From Candidatus Coprovivens sp. (GTDB lineage: Bacteria; Bacillota_I; Bacilli_A; RF39; UBA660), in the NCBI GenBank assembly GCA_051892935.1, contig JBJFGS010000041.1:1-35231 (forward strand): a stretch of 35,231 nt of DNA, written 5' to 3'. Shown here in pieces: positions 1-9,326 of this stretch (its first letter is position 1; each line of letters begins with the position of its first letter). The position numbers and the translations under genes were made by a program. Under the pieces are notes generated by a model. The model did not search any database. It was not told the origin of the DNA and worked only from the letters and a program-made list of their open reading frames with translations.

Positions 1-159
1 TCATTATACAATATAAATTAAAAAAAATAAAGTGCCGACTTTGTCGACACTCTGAGAAAGAAAAAGTAACTTTTTCTTTTTTTGTGCCAAGTTTATGTCA
101 AATTACAAAGAATGTTTATGTTTTTTATGAAAAGTTATATAATATTTCTAGGTGGTTAT

Positions 160-1239
160 ATGAATTTTGATGTAAACGGACATAATGTTTTTATTATAGT
201 TTTAGTTACATTTTTAACTAGTGCTATTTTGGTTCCATTAGTAATTAAAGCAGCTAAACATGCTGGAGCTATGGATATTCCTAATGCTAGAAAGGCTCAT
301 ACTGTACCGATGCCTAGAATGGGTGGTTTAGCAATTTTTGGGGCTTTTTTACTGGGATATATGTTATTTGCTAGGATGTCAATGCAGATGACAGCTATAT
401 TATTAGGAGGTTTCGTTATTATATTAACAGGTTTATTTGATGATATAAAACCTATATCTGCTAAAGTAAAGATGTTATTACAAATAATAGCTGCTTGTAT
501 TGTTGTATTTTATGGTAATATTGTGTTAAATCATGTGGATATGTTAGGAATTAATTTAGATTTTCCTGAGCCATTGAATTATATTATTACAATAATATTT
601 ATAGTTGGAATAACCAATGCAATTAACTTAATAGATGGGTTAGATGGTTTAGCATCTGGTGTTTCCTCTATATACTTTGCAACTATTGCTATAATAGCTT
701 TTATGATTAATAAAAATCAAGGCTTAGATACAATACTTTCATTAATAATGCTTGGTTCAACTTTAGGCTTTTTAATACATAATTTTAATCCTGCTAAGAT
801 ATTTATGGGGGATACTGGTAGTTTATTTTTGGGGTTTATAATAAGTGTTATAGCTTTATTAGGATTTAAAGCTACTACTTTAACATCTTTAATTGTTCCA
901 ATATGTATTTTGGCAATACCTATATTTGATACAGCTTTGGCAATTTTTAGAAGAATATTAAAAGGTGAAAAAATAACGGCTCCTGATAAAGATCATTTTC
1001 ATCATCAATTATTGAAAATGAAATTTGGAGTTAGAGGTACGGTTTTAATAATATATGGAATTAATATATTATTTGCTGCTGTATCGATTTTCTTTGTTCT
1101 TGGTGATAGTAAGATGGCAATGGCTATATATGTAGTATTAATGTTATTATTGTTATTTTTAGTTTTAAAGACTGATATATTATTTAATCATCATAAAGAA
1201 GAAATTAATAAGAAAGTTGATAATAAAAAGAAAAGATAG
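160..1239 (+). CDS. tagO: Undecaprenyl-phosphate GlcNAc-1-phosphate transferase (TagO/WecA, MraY-like glycosyltransferase family 4)
   Basis: Polytopic membrane protein with family motifs D.P..RK.H..P.PR.GG, GLFDD, NAINLIDGLDGLA, FMGDTGS and D..H.HH. Start moved to ATG160 (GGTGG RBS; TATAAT upstream). Confidence 0.88.
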   Translation: MNFDVNGHNVFIIVLVTFLTSAILVPLVIKAAKHAGAMDIPNARKAHTVPMPRMGGLAIFGAFLLGYMLFARMSMQMTAILLGGFVIILTGLFDDIKPISAKVKMLLQIIAACIVVFYGNIVLNHVDMLGINLDFPEPLNYIITIIFIVGITNAINLIDGLDGLASGVSSIYFATIAIIAFMINKNQGLDTILSLIMLGSTLGFLIHNFNPAKIFMGDTGSLFLGFIISVIALLGFKATTLTSLIVPICILAIPIFDTALAIFRRILKGEKITAPDKDHFHHQLLKMKFGVRGTVLIIYGINILFAAVSIFFVLGDSKMAMAIYVVLMLLLLFLVLKTDILFNHHKEEINKKVDNKKKR

Positions 1240-1252
1240 TCTTTTCTTTTTG
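1227..1252 (+). terminator. Possible intrinsic terminator after tagO
   Basis: AAAGAAAAGA-TAG-TCTTTTCTTT inverted repeat followed by T's; AT-rich stem. Confidence 0.4.
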
Positions 1253-1271
1253 TTAAAAGTTGGGTGTAAAA

Positions 1272-2288
1272 ATGAAGTTAGACTTATATGATTTTGATGG
1301 TACTATTTATGATGGAGATTCTGGAGTAGATTTAGTATTATTTGCAATTAAAAAGAAACCAAAGATTATTTTTCATTTAATTAGTTCTTTAGGGATAGTT
1401 TTTCTATATTTACTAAAAATTAGAAGTAAAGAAGAAATGAAAAATAAGATATTTAGTTTCTTGAAATATTTTCCTGATACTGAGAGATTTGTAAATGAGT
1501 TTTGGAAAGAGAATGAGTATAAAATAAAGAATTTTTGGCTTGAAAAGAAAACTCATAAAAATGATATTATCATTTCGGCATCAGGAAGATTTTGGCTAGA
1601 ACCAATTGCAAAGAAATATAAAGTAAGAGATTTGTTTGCTACGGAAATAGATCCTCATACTGGCCAAGTTTTAGCTAATAATTGTCATGGGAAGGAAAAA
1701 GTTAGAATATTTAGAGAAAAGTACCCTGATGCTAAAGTTATGAAAATGTATACAGATTCTAAACATGATTTGCCTTTGATAGAAATTGCGGAAGAAGGAA
1801 TATTGGTTAAAAGAAATAAATTATATAGTTATTATGAATATAAACCAAATATTATTGTGAGATTTTGGAATTGGGGGTGGGGAATATATCATAAGAATGA
1901 AGAATTATGGAATTATTTAATTGTTGGATTTTTAACAACAATTGTTAGTTTAATGACATATTTTATTTGTACTGAAACTTTTTTAAATCCCAATGATAGT
2001 ATTGAATTACAAATGGCAAATGTTATTGCTTGGTTAATTGCTGTTGGTTTTGCTTATGTTACTAATAGGGTTTTTGTTTTTAAGAGTAAAAATAAGAATA
2101 AAATAAAGGAAGCTGCTTCATTTGTTGGGTCAAGAATAATTAGCTTATTAATGGATATGTTGGCTATGTTTATTATGGTATCAATATTTAAATGGAATGA
2201 TAAAGTAGGAAAACTTATTACACAGGTTATAGTTACAATAGCTAATTATATTTTTAGTAAGTTGTTTGTGTTTAAAAGGAATGATTAA
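1272..2288 (+). CDS. HAD-IB family phosphatase fused to C-terminal GtrA-family (flippase-like) membrane domain
   Basis: N-terminal DFDGT HAD motif I, ISAS motif II, NCHGKEK, and YTDSKHDLPL motif IV. C-terminal 4-TM region has the GtrA pattern YLIVGFLTTIV...ANVIAW...FAYVTNRVFVF...NYIFSKLFVF. Start ATG1272. Confidence 0.8.
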   Translation: MKLDLYDFDGTIYDGDSGVDLVLFAIKKKPKIIFHLISSLGIVFLYLLKIRSKEEMKNKIFSFLKYFPDTERFVNEFWKENEYKIKNFWLEKKTHKNDIIISASGRFWLEPIAKKYKVRDLFATEIDPHTGQVLANNCHGKEKVRIFREKYPDAKVMKMYTDSKHDLPLIEIAEEGILVKRNKLYSYYEYKPNIIVRFWNWGWGIYHKNEELWNYLIVGFLTTIVSLMTYFICTETFLNPNDSIELQMANVIAWLIAVGFAYVTNRVFVFKSKNKNKIKEAASFVGSRIISLLMDMLAMFIMVSIFKWNDKVGKLITQVIVTIANYIFSKLFVFKRND

Positions 2289-2325
2289 GTCCTTTTTTTT
2301 ATGTTATAATTATTATGGTGATAAT

Positions 2326-3450
2326 ATGAGAGATATAACAAGAATAAATCCTGCTTATGTAAATTCTGATGGAAGATATTTTAATCCTAATACTACGAGT
2401 ATGTTTAATTTGACTCTTGAAGAAATATATTATTTAAGGAAATATTATAATGATGATATGGATAATCCTAAAATTGCTAAAAATGTGAGAATAATAGTTA
2501 AAACTAATAGAACTCCTGTTAATAACGCTAATAGTAATTATCGATTAACTAGAGAACAAAAATATAATAATGGATTATATAAGTTAAAGAAACAAATAAA
2601 AAGAGAATTGACTGCTTTTTTGGTTATTGGAGGGATTGTTGTTTCTTTAGTAGGAGCATTGAATTATTTTACTGAGAAAAACGATAATTATATTGATTCT
2701 TTTGAAGAACCTATTTTTGTAATAGAATCTAATGATTTAAAAAGAGATGTTGTTTTAAATGTTGAAGATGTGAGTAGGAAAGAATTGATAAAGAAAATAT
2801 GTGATATTTATCAAGTTAATTATGATGTTGTGTATAAAGTTATAGAAAAGATAACAGAAAATTTTTCAAGTATTGGTTATTTAGAAGGAAAAATAGATGG
2901 AGTTACTTGTAAGGGTGGAGATGTTGTAGCTAAAACGGATGAAGAATTGTTTATATATATTATAAGAGTTATTAAGCAAGATCCTTCTAGATGGAATATA
3001 GATACTAGTAATTTGTATATTAATAATGGTTATGATTCGGGGGAAGATTATTGCAAGCAAATTGATTATGTTTCAAATGTTTTAGGTGTTGATAAACATT
3101 TAATGTATGCTATAGTTCAATCTGAGTGTGGTTTTGATTCGCAAGTATTCAATGAGTTGAATAATCCAGGTGGTATTAAAAATAACGATGGTAATTGGTG
3201 GAAATTTGATACAAAAGAAGAAGGATTTTTAGAATTAGGAATGGAGATTTTAAAGTATTATCGTTGGATTGGGGAACCTTCTTCTAGATTAGATGAAGAA
3301 ACAATATCTAAAATTAGAGATATTCATGCACCTTTAAGTGATGGAAATATTTATTGGTTATCAAATGTACTTTCAGTGCTTGAATATGCACAAGATAATA
3401 GTGATGAATTATTTGGAAGCGAAATGCAAATTAATGGACTTTTACACTAG
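2326..3450 (+). CDS. Membrane-anchored protein with C-terminal lysozyme-like (glucosaminidase/SLT-type) domain
   Basis: Single TM (FLVIGGIVVSLVGAL). C-terminal YAIVQSECG...NNPGGIK...F.TKEEG resembles lysozyme-fold peptidoglycan hydrolases. Start ATG2326 after GGTGA. Confidence 0.55.
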   Translation: MRDITRINPAYVNSDGRYFNPNTTSMFNLTLEEIYYLRKYYNDDMDNPKIAKNVRIIVKTNRTPVNNANSNYRLTREQKYNNGLYKLKKQIKRELTAFLVIGGIVVSLVGALNYFTEKNDNYIDSFEEPIFVIESNDLKRDVVLNVEDVSRKELIKKICDIYQVNYDVVYKVIEKITENFSSIGYLEGKIDGVTCKGGDVVAKTDEELFIYIIRVIKQDPSRWNIDTSNLYINNGYDSGEDYCKQIDYVSNVLGVDKHLMYAIVQSECGFDSQVFNELNNPGGIKNNDGNWWKFDTKEEGFLELGMEILKYYRWIGEPSSRLDEETISKIRDIHAPLSDGNIYWLSNVLSVLEYAQDNSDELFGSEMQINGLLH

Positions 3451-3483
3451 AAAAGTTTTATAATAATTGAGGGAGGAATTGTA

Positions 3484-6400
3484 ATGTATAAAATAATTGA
3501 TGGAAATAAAGCATGTGCTGATGTTGCTTACTTATTTAGTGAAATAGCTAGTATTTATCCTATAACACCAAGTAGTCCTATGGCAGCAGAAGTTGATGTT
3601 TTAAGTCATAGTGGTAAAAAGAATTTATTTAATGATGAGGTTAAAGTAATAGAAATGCAAAGTGAAGCAGGGGCTGCTGGAACTATGCATGGGGCTTTAT
3701 TGGCTGGAAGTTTAGCAACAACTTTTACAGCTTCTCAAGGTTTACTTTTAATGATACCAAATATGTATAAAATGGCTGGGGAGTGTTTACCTGCTGTAAT
3801 ACATGTGGCAGCAAGAACACTTGCTACGCATGCTTTATCAATATTTGGTGATCATTCAGATATATATGCGACTCGTGGTACAGGATTTTGTATGTTAGCA
3901 TCAACAAATGTTGAACAAGCTAATCATATGGCTGCTGTAGCTCATTTAAGTGCTATTAAAGGAAGTTTGCCTTTTGTTCATTTCTTTGATGGATTTAGAA
4001 CTAGTCATGAAGTAAATAAAGTGAAAGAATTAAAAGATGAGGATATTATCAACTTAGTTGATTTTGATAAGATAAATGAATTCAAAAAGAGAATGTTAAA
4101 TGTTGATTCTGGAATACAAAAAGGAATGGCTGAAAATGAAGATATTTATTTTCAATCAGTTGAAGCTAGAAATGAATTATGTAATGTAATGCCGGACATA
4201 GTTTATAACTATATGAAAGAAATAAATAAATTAACAGGAATGGAATATAGACCATTTAATTATTATGGTTCTGATGATGCAAAAAATGTAATAGTTGCTA
4301 TGGGAAGTGTTTGTGATACTGTAAAATTAGTAGTAGATGATTTAATTAATAAAGGAGAAAAAGTTGGTTTAATAGAAGTACATCTTTATAGACCATTTAG
4401 TTCTTATTATTTAAAAAAAGTATTACCTAATACAGTAGAAAATATTGCTGTATTAGATAGAACTAAGGAGTCTGGAAGTATTGGGGAACCTTTATACTTA
4501 GATGTTGTTAGTTCGTTAAAAGATACTAAAATAAAAGTAGTTGGCGGTAGATATGGATTATCTAGTAAAAATACTACTCCTAATCAAATATATTCTGTTT
4601 ATGTAATGTTAAATAGTGAATTAAAAGATAATTTTACTATTGGTATAGTAGATGATGTTACTAACTTGAGTTTACCAAAATATGATTATAGTATTGAATT
4701 AGATGCTCAAGAAATAAAAATATTCGGTTTTGGTAGTGATGGAATGGTAAGTACTAGTAAGGATATTATGAAGATAGTTGGAGCTGGTACTGATAAGTTT
4801 GTTCAAAGTTATAATCAATATGATTCTAAAAAAAGTGGTGGAGTTACTATTTGTAATCTAAGAATTAGTGATAAGCCAATTAATGCACCATTTTATGTTA
4901 CGAATCCTGGAATCGTTGTATTAACTAAAGATGAATATTTATTTAAATTTGATATGATTAATGATATTAAAGATAAGGGAATATTTGTAATTAATACTAC
5001 TAAAAAGCAAGATGAATTAGATGGATTCTTACCTAATAAAGTAAAAAGAATAATAAAAGATAAAAATGTTAAATTATATATTATAGATGCTGATAAAATA
5101 GCAATGGATTCTGGTATTAAAGGTAAAATAAGTAAAGTAATGCAAATGGTTATTATGTCTTTAATGGATTATCCAGATGCAATTAATGTAATTAGTCATT
5201 CTATAGAAAAGCAATTTGCTACTAAAGGCGATGAAGTAATTAATGCTAATAAGAAAGCTATTCAAGAAGCAATGAAGAATTTAGTGTTTGTTGATACTGA
5301 ATTTACTATAGTAGATGAAAATGTTAATATAGAGAAAAATATATTTGATGAAATAAATGCTCGTAGAGGGGATGATTTAACAGTTAGTGAATTGATTCCT
5401 TTTAGAGATGGAACATTCCCTTGTGGTTTATCTAAAAATGAAAAAAGAAAAACAAGTACTTTTGTACCAAAATGGAATAGTGAAGCTTGTATTCAATGTG
5501 GTCAATGTTCAATGGTGTGTCCTCATGCTGTAATAAGACCTATTGTACATACTGATAAAAATGCTGGGGTTTCTATGATTGGAAAACCAGAGTATAATTT
5601 TGAAATAGTTGTTAGTGAAGCAGATTGTACAAGCTGTGGATTATGTATTAATGCATGTCCTGGAAAAGCGGGAGTTAAAGCATTAGAATTTGGAGTATAT
5701 GATCAATCTATTCAAGATAGAGCTACTGAATTATTTGAAAATCATGAGAATCCTAAAGACTTATTTCCTAAGTATACTATTAAGGGAAGTCAATTAATTA
5801 AACCTAAATTTGAATTTAGTGGTTCATGTGCAGGATGTGGAGAAACTCCATATATAAAACTATTAACACAATTATTTGGAGATAAATTAGTAATAGCTAA
5901 TGCTACAGGATGTTCTTCTATATATGGTGGAAGTGCTCCTAGTACTCCTTATTCTATTCCTTGGGCTAATTCATTGTTTGAAGATAATGCTGAATTTGGA
6001 TTTGGTATGTTATTAAGTTATAACAAATCAAGAGATAGAATTGAAAAGGTAATGAGAGAATCACAAGTAGATGGAGAAGTTAAAGAACTATATACTAAGT
6101 GGTTAGAGAATAGAGAGGACTTTGAAGTTACTAAAGATATTAAGAATAAACTTTTAGAAATTGGTGTACCTGAAGAATTAAGAAACTTGATAGATTATGT
6201 TCCAGCAAGAAGTGTATGGACACTTGGTGGAGATGGTTGGGCTTATGATATAGGTTTTGGTGGTATAGATCATGTATTATCTAGTGGAGAAAATGTTAAT
6301 ATTTTAGTACTTGATACTGAGGTATATTCTAATACTGGTGGTCAAGCTAGTAAGTCTTCGAGAATAGGACAAGTAGCACAATTTGCTGATAATGGTAAGA

Positions 6401-6849
6401 AAACTGCTAAGAAAGATTTATTTAAAATAGCTATGGGATATCCTAATTGTTATGTTGCTAATGTATCATTAGGAAGTAATTTTATGCAAACTATTAAAGC
6501 ATTTAAGGAAGCTGAAGAACATATTGGACCATCTATTATAATTGCTTATTGTCCTTGTATTGAACAAGGTATTAAGGGTGGTATGTGTAATGCTACTTCT
6601 GAACAAAAGTTAGTTGTTGAGTGTGGATATACTACTTTAATGAGATATAATCCTAGTGATGATAAATTAGTTATAGATAGTAAGGAACCTGATTTTGATA
6701 AATATGAGTTATTACTTAATAATGAGGTTAGATATAATAGTTTAGTTAAGAAGAATCCTGAGTTAGCAAAAGAAGTTTTGAAACTTAATAAGCAGGATGC
6801 TATTAAGCGTTATAATTATTATAAGAAGTTAAGTGAAGAAATTAAGTAG
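3484..6849 (+). CDS. nifJ: Pyruvate:ferredoxin (flavodoxin) oxidoreductase
   Basis: YPITPSS, EMQSEAGAAG, GGRYGLSSK, two CxxCxxCxxxCP ferredoxin motifs, FSGSCAGCGETPY, TPP-binding GGDGWAYDIG and YSNTGGQ; GGAGG RBS. Confidence 0.97.
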   Translation: MYKIIDGNKACADVAYLFSEIASIYPITPSSPMAAEVDVLSHSGKKNLFNDEVKVIEMQSEAGAAGTMHGALLAGSLATTFTASQGLLLMIPNMYKMAGECLPAVIHVAARTLATHALSIFGDHSDIYATRGTGFCMLASTNVEQANHMAAVAHLSAIKGSLPFVHFFDGFRTSHEVNKVKELKDEDIINLVDFDKINEFKKRMLNVDSGIQKGMAENEDIYFQSVEARNELCNVMPDIVYNYMKEINKLTGMEYRPFNYYGSDDAKNVIVAMGSVCDTVKLVVDDLINKGEKVGLIEVHLYRPFSSYYLKKVLPNTVENIAVLDRTKESGSIGEPLYLDVVSSLKDTKIKVVGGRYGLSSKNTTPNQIYSVYVMLNSELKDNFTIGIVDDVTNLSLPKYDYSIELDAQEIKIFGFGSDGMVSTSKDIMKIVGAGTDKFVQSYNQYDSKKSGGVTICNLRISDKPINAPFYVTNPGIVVLTKDEYLFKFDMINDIKDKGIFVINTTKKQDELDGFLPNKVKRIIKDKNVKLYIIDADKIAMDSGIKGKISKVMQMVIMSLMDYPDAINVISHSIEKQFATKGDEVINANKKAIQEAMKNLVFVDTEFTIVDENVNIEKNIFDEINARRGDDLTVSELIPFRDGTFPCGLSKNEKRKTSTFVPKWNSEACIQCGQCSMVCPHAVIRPIVHTDKNAGVSMIGKPEYNFEIVVSEADCTSCGLCINACPGKAGVKALEFGVYDQSIQDRATELFENHENPKDLFPKYTIKGSQLIKPKFEFSGSCAGCGETPYIKLLTQLFGDKLVIANATGCSSIYGGSAPSTPYSIPWANSLFEDNAEFGFGMLLSYNKSRDRIEKVMRESQVDGEVKELYTKWLENREDFEVTKDIKNKLLEIGVPEELRNLIDYVPARSVWTLGGDGWAYDIGFGGIDHVLSSGENVNILVLDTEVYSNTGGQASKSSRIGQVAQFADNGKKTAKKDLFKIAMGYPNCYVANVSLGSNFMQTIKAFKEAEEHIGPSIIIAYCPCIEQGIKGGMCNATSEQKLVVECGYTTLMRYNPSDDKLVIDSKEPDFDKYELLLNNEVRYNSLVKKNPELAKEVLKLNKQDAIKRYNYYKKLSEEIK

Positions 6850-6860
6850 TTTCTTTTAAT

Positions 6861-6893
6861 AAAAAAAACTTATCGTTTTTGATAAGTTTTTTT
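6861..6893. terminator. Bidirectional intrinsic terminator between convergent nifJ and the 700-aa ORF
   Basis: AAAAAAAACTTATC-GTTTTT-GATAAGTTTTTTT inverted repeat with A/T tails on both sides. Confidence 0.8.
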
Positions 6894-8986
6894 TATGCAG
6901 CTCTTTCTTGATCTTGGTTAAGTTCTGGTTTGAGGATTTTTTGATGTTTTTTGGTTTTTAGACGATATTTTTCTAGTATTTTGTTTCTTTTCATAAGGTT
7001 GTTGTATTTTTTGTTTAAGTTAGTTTTTAATCTTGTTACTTGATTTATAAATTGGGGATCATAAGCTAGTTCTGGATATTTTCCTAATGCTCTTTGTTCT
7101 AAGTATTCTAGTTCTACTATGTTTTTATATGTTATGTCTAAAGCACTATTTAGAGCATCTTGGCCTTGTTTTATTTGTTCAAGGTCTGCAGGTTCATATC
7201 TATTATATTTTCTGTTAAAAAAGGCGTTTATGAAGTTGAAATGGTTATCTATTACTAATCCTATTGTAAAATAAAAGAAATATTTATTTCTTATGAATGG
7301 AAGAGCTAGTAAAGATGTCATTTCTAAAAGAATATTAGCTTTATTAAATCTTTTAAGCATTATTCTTTTATCTACATTTGCTACTTGTTCAGCTGTCATT
7401 CCTTCAAGTCTTTTCATTCTATCAAGAAGACTATTACTTACTTCTTGTTGATTTTCGTTATGTATTTTTAAAAGTTCATTTTGAAGTCCGTCGATTTCAG
7501 ATTGTTTGATTGTTTCATCTAATTGAATTTGTTCAGCATGAATATCATAACTTTTTTGTTGCTTAATTCTTTCTTTGGTATTACGTAATCTTTCTTCTTC
7601 TGCTTTCAATTTTTTCTTTTGTTTTTCAGATAATTTACCATCATATTTTAAGTATGTATTTGTTAAATCTTCTAACATTTTATCTATTTGTCTTTCAATA
7701 CGTTCATAATCTTTTTCAAAAAAGTCTTCTTTTTTTATTTCTTCTTGTGAATTACTTATTATTTGATTTGATACTTCGGTTAGAGATGATATTTCATGTT
7801 CTTTTTTTTCTTCAATTATTGCTTTTTGTTCTTCGTCTTTTTTTTGTTCTTGTTTTAGTTCTTCTATTTTTTTCTCTACTTTTTCTTTTAGTTCTTCTAG
7901 TTCTTTTTTATTTTTTTCTTCTATTATTTTTATTTCTTCTTCTAGCTTTTTTTCTGATATTCTTTCTAATTCTTTTTCTGGTTCTTCTTTTAATATTGTT
8001 GCTTTTTCTTCTAATGGCTCTTGTTTAGGAATTTCATTTGTTTGTTTTCTTTCTTTTTGTTCTAGTATTGGATTATCTTTTTTGTCCTCTTTTGGCGGTG
8101 TTATAATTTCAGAAATAACGGCTGTAGTTGTAACTGCTCCAATTATCGCAGCATCTTTTAAATTATCTTTTAATGTTGGTTTAGGTATTTCATCTATTAG
8201 GGGGACCATTATGGTACTAATTGTTTCTGTTTTTTCTTCTAGTTTTTCCTTTTTTTCGGTGGTAATTTTTTTAATAGCTTGTTTTTTATTTGCTTTTTGA
8301 GTTGATTTTTTGATATTAAGATCTTTTTTCTTAGGATGGGCAAGTGTATATATTTGTTTTTGTTTTTTTTCTTGTTCTTTCTTTTCAGTATTTCTTGGTG
8401 GAAATAGAGGATTTTTTATTAAATCATCTTTTAATTTTGTGACTACTTCTTCACGTATTATTTCATCTGTTCTTAATGTTTCATTTTCGACTCTTGTAAT
8501 AATTTCTGGAAAAATTCTTTCTTTTATTTGTTCTACTTTTATTAATTTGCTAGTAGGAGCTGTTTTTAATTTAAAACCTTCTATTTTATAAATTCGTTCT
8601 AATTCTTCTTTTATTATTAAATCAAGAAGTTCTTTTAATGGAAGATATTTTAACTCATTATCTTTGGTATATACTTTATACAATTTTTGATTTGGTATTT
8701 TTAGTATTTTGTTTGATTCATTAGTTGAATCAGATGTAGTGGTTTCTGTATTATGAGGATTAGCTTTAATGTTATCTTCATCTGGTAAAGATGTGTTATT
8801 ATTACCTATATTAATATTCTCTTTTTTTAATTGTTCTTTATTAGTATTTATTTTTTCTTCTTTTGTTATATTTATTCTAGGTTTACCAAATAACGATCTT
8901 ATTAGATTTATTATCATAATAAAGAATATTAAAATATATTTTTTTAATATAGATAATATTTTTTTTAATATTGATTGTTCTTCCAT
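6893..8986 (-). CDS. Hypothetical membrane-anchored Lys/Glu-rich coiled-coil protein
   Basis: Long ORF with N-terminal hydrophobic stretch (YILIFFIMIINLI), charged central coiled coil and a late hydrophobic segment. ATG8986 with AAGGTGA RBS. No family recognised. Confidence 0.75.
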   Translation of the reverse strand: MEEQSILKKILSILKKYILIFFIMIINLIRSLFGKPRINITKEEKINTNKEQLKKENINIGNNNTSLPDEDNIKANPHNTETTTSDSTNESNKILKIPNQKLYKVYTKDNELKYLPLKELLDLIIKEELERIYKIEGFKLKTAPTSKLIKVEQIKERIFPEIITRVENETLRTDEIIREEVVTKLKDDLIKNPLFPPRNTEKKEQEKKQKQIYTLAHPKKKDLNIKKSTQKANKKQAIKKITTEKKEKLEEKTETISTIMVPLIDEIPKPTLKDNLKDAAIIGAVTTTAVISEIITPPKEDKKDNPILEQKERKQTNEIPKQEPLEEKATILKEEPEKELERISEKKLEEEIKIIEEKNKKELEELKEKVEKKIEELKQEQKKDEEQKAIIEEKKEHEISSLTEVSNQIISNSQEEIKKEDFFEKDYERIERQIDKMLEDLTNTYLKYDGKLSEKQKKKLKAEEERLRNTKERIKQQKSYDIHAEQIQLDETIKQSEIDGLQNELLKIHNENQQEVSNSLLDRMKRLEGMTAEQVANVDKRIMLKRFNKANILLEMTSLLALPFIRNKYFFYFTIGLVIDNHFNFINAFFNRKYNRYEPADLEQIKQGQDALNSALDITYKNIVELEYLEQRALGKYPELAYDPQFINQVTRLKTNLNKKYNNLMKRNKILEKYRLKTKKHQKILKPELNQDQERAA

Positions 8987-9022
8987 AAGAATCACCTTTA
9001 TAATTTTATCATAAATTTATAG

Positions 9023-9124
9023 CAAAAAAAATAGGAGTTGTCCCCCTGAGAACAACTCCAAAAAGAATAAAAAGGGGTTGGCTAGTGTGATACTAGCACC
9101 AATTCGCCGTAAAGTGAATTGGTA
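9023..9124 (-). ncRNA. Candidate ~100-nt small RNA or terminated leader (two hairpins, C-rich linker, terminator)
   Basis: Minus-strand promoter TTGACA-17-TAATAT. Hairpins at 9098-9123 and 9081-9097, AACCCC linker, terminator stem GGAGTTGT/ACAACTCC (9034-9059) plus T-tract. GC-enriched relative to its surroundings. Confidence 0.55.
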
Positions 9125-9130
9125 CTTCAT

Positions 9131-9159
9131 ATATTAATTGTTAAAGGTACTTTTGTCAA
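9131..9159 (-). promoter_or_regulatory. Sigma-A-type promoter for candidate sRNA 9023-9124
   Basis: TTGACA (9159-9154), 17-nt spacer, TAATAT (9136-9131). Confidence 0.6.
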
Positions 9160-9326
9160 CTTTTTTAAGTAAAAAAAATCGTTTTTTTTAATCTTTTTTT
9201 ATTTGCTATAAATTTATTTTTGTTAGTATTAATTTTATATAAATATTTCTTATTACAAAGTATAAAAATTGACTATTTTTATATAAATAAAAACAAATGT
9301 ATGCTATACTATTTATGGTGATAATT

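Noticed and set aside
20-82. Inverted repeats at the window start (AGTGCCGAC/GTCGACACT; GAAAAAAAG/CTTTTTC)
   Set aside because: Could be a terminator or operator, but the upstream context is cut off and no function can be supported.
7654-9014. Four plus-strand ORFs (124, 72, 93, 81 aa) rich in Leu/Phe
   Set aside because: Antisense shadows of the Lys/Glu-rich 700-aa gene; no RBS.
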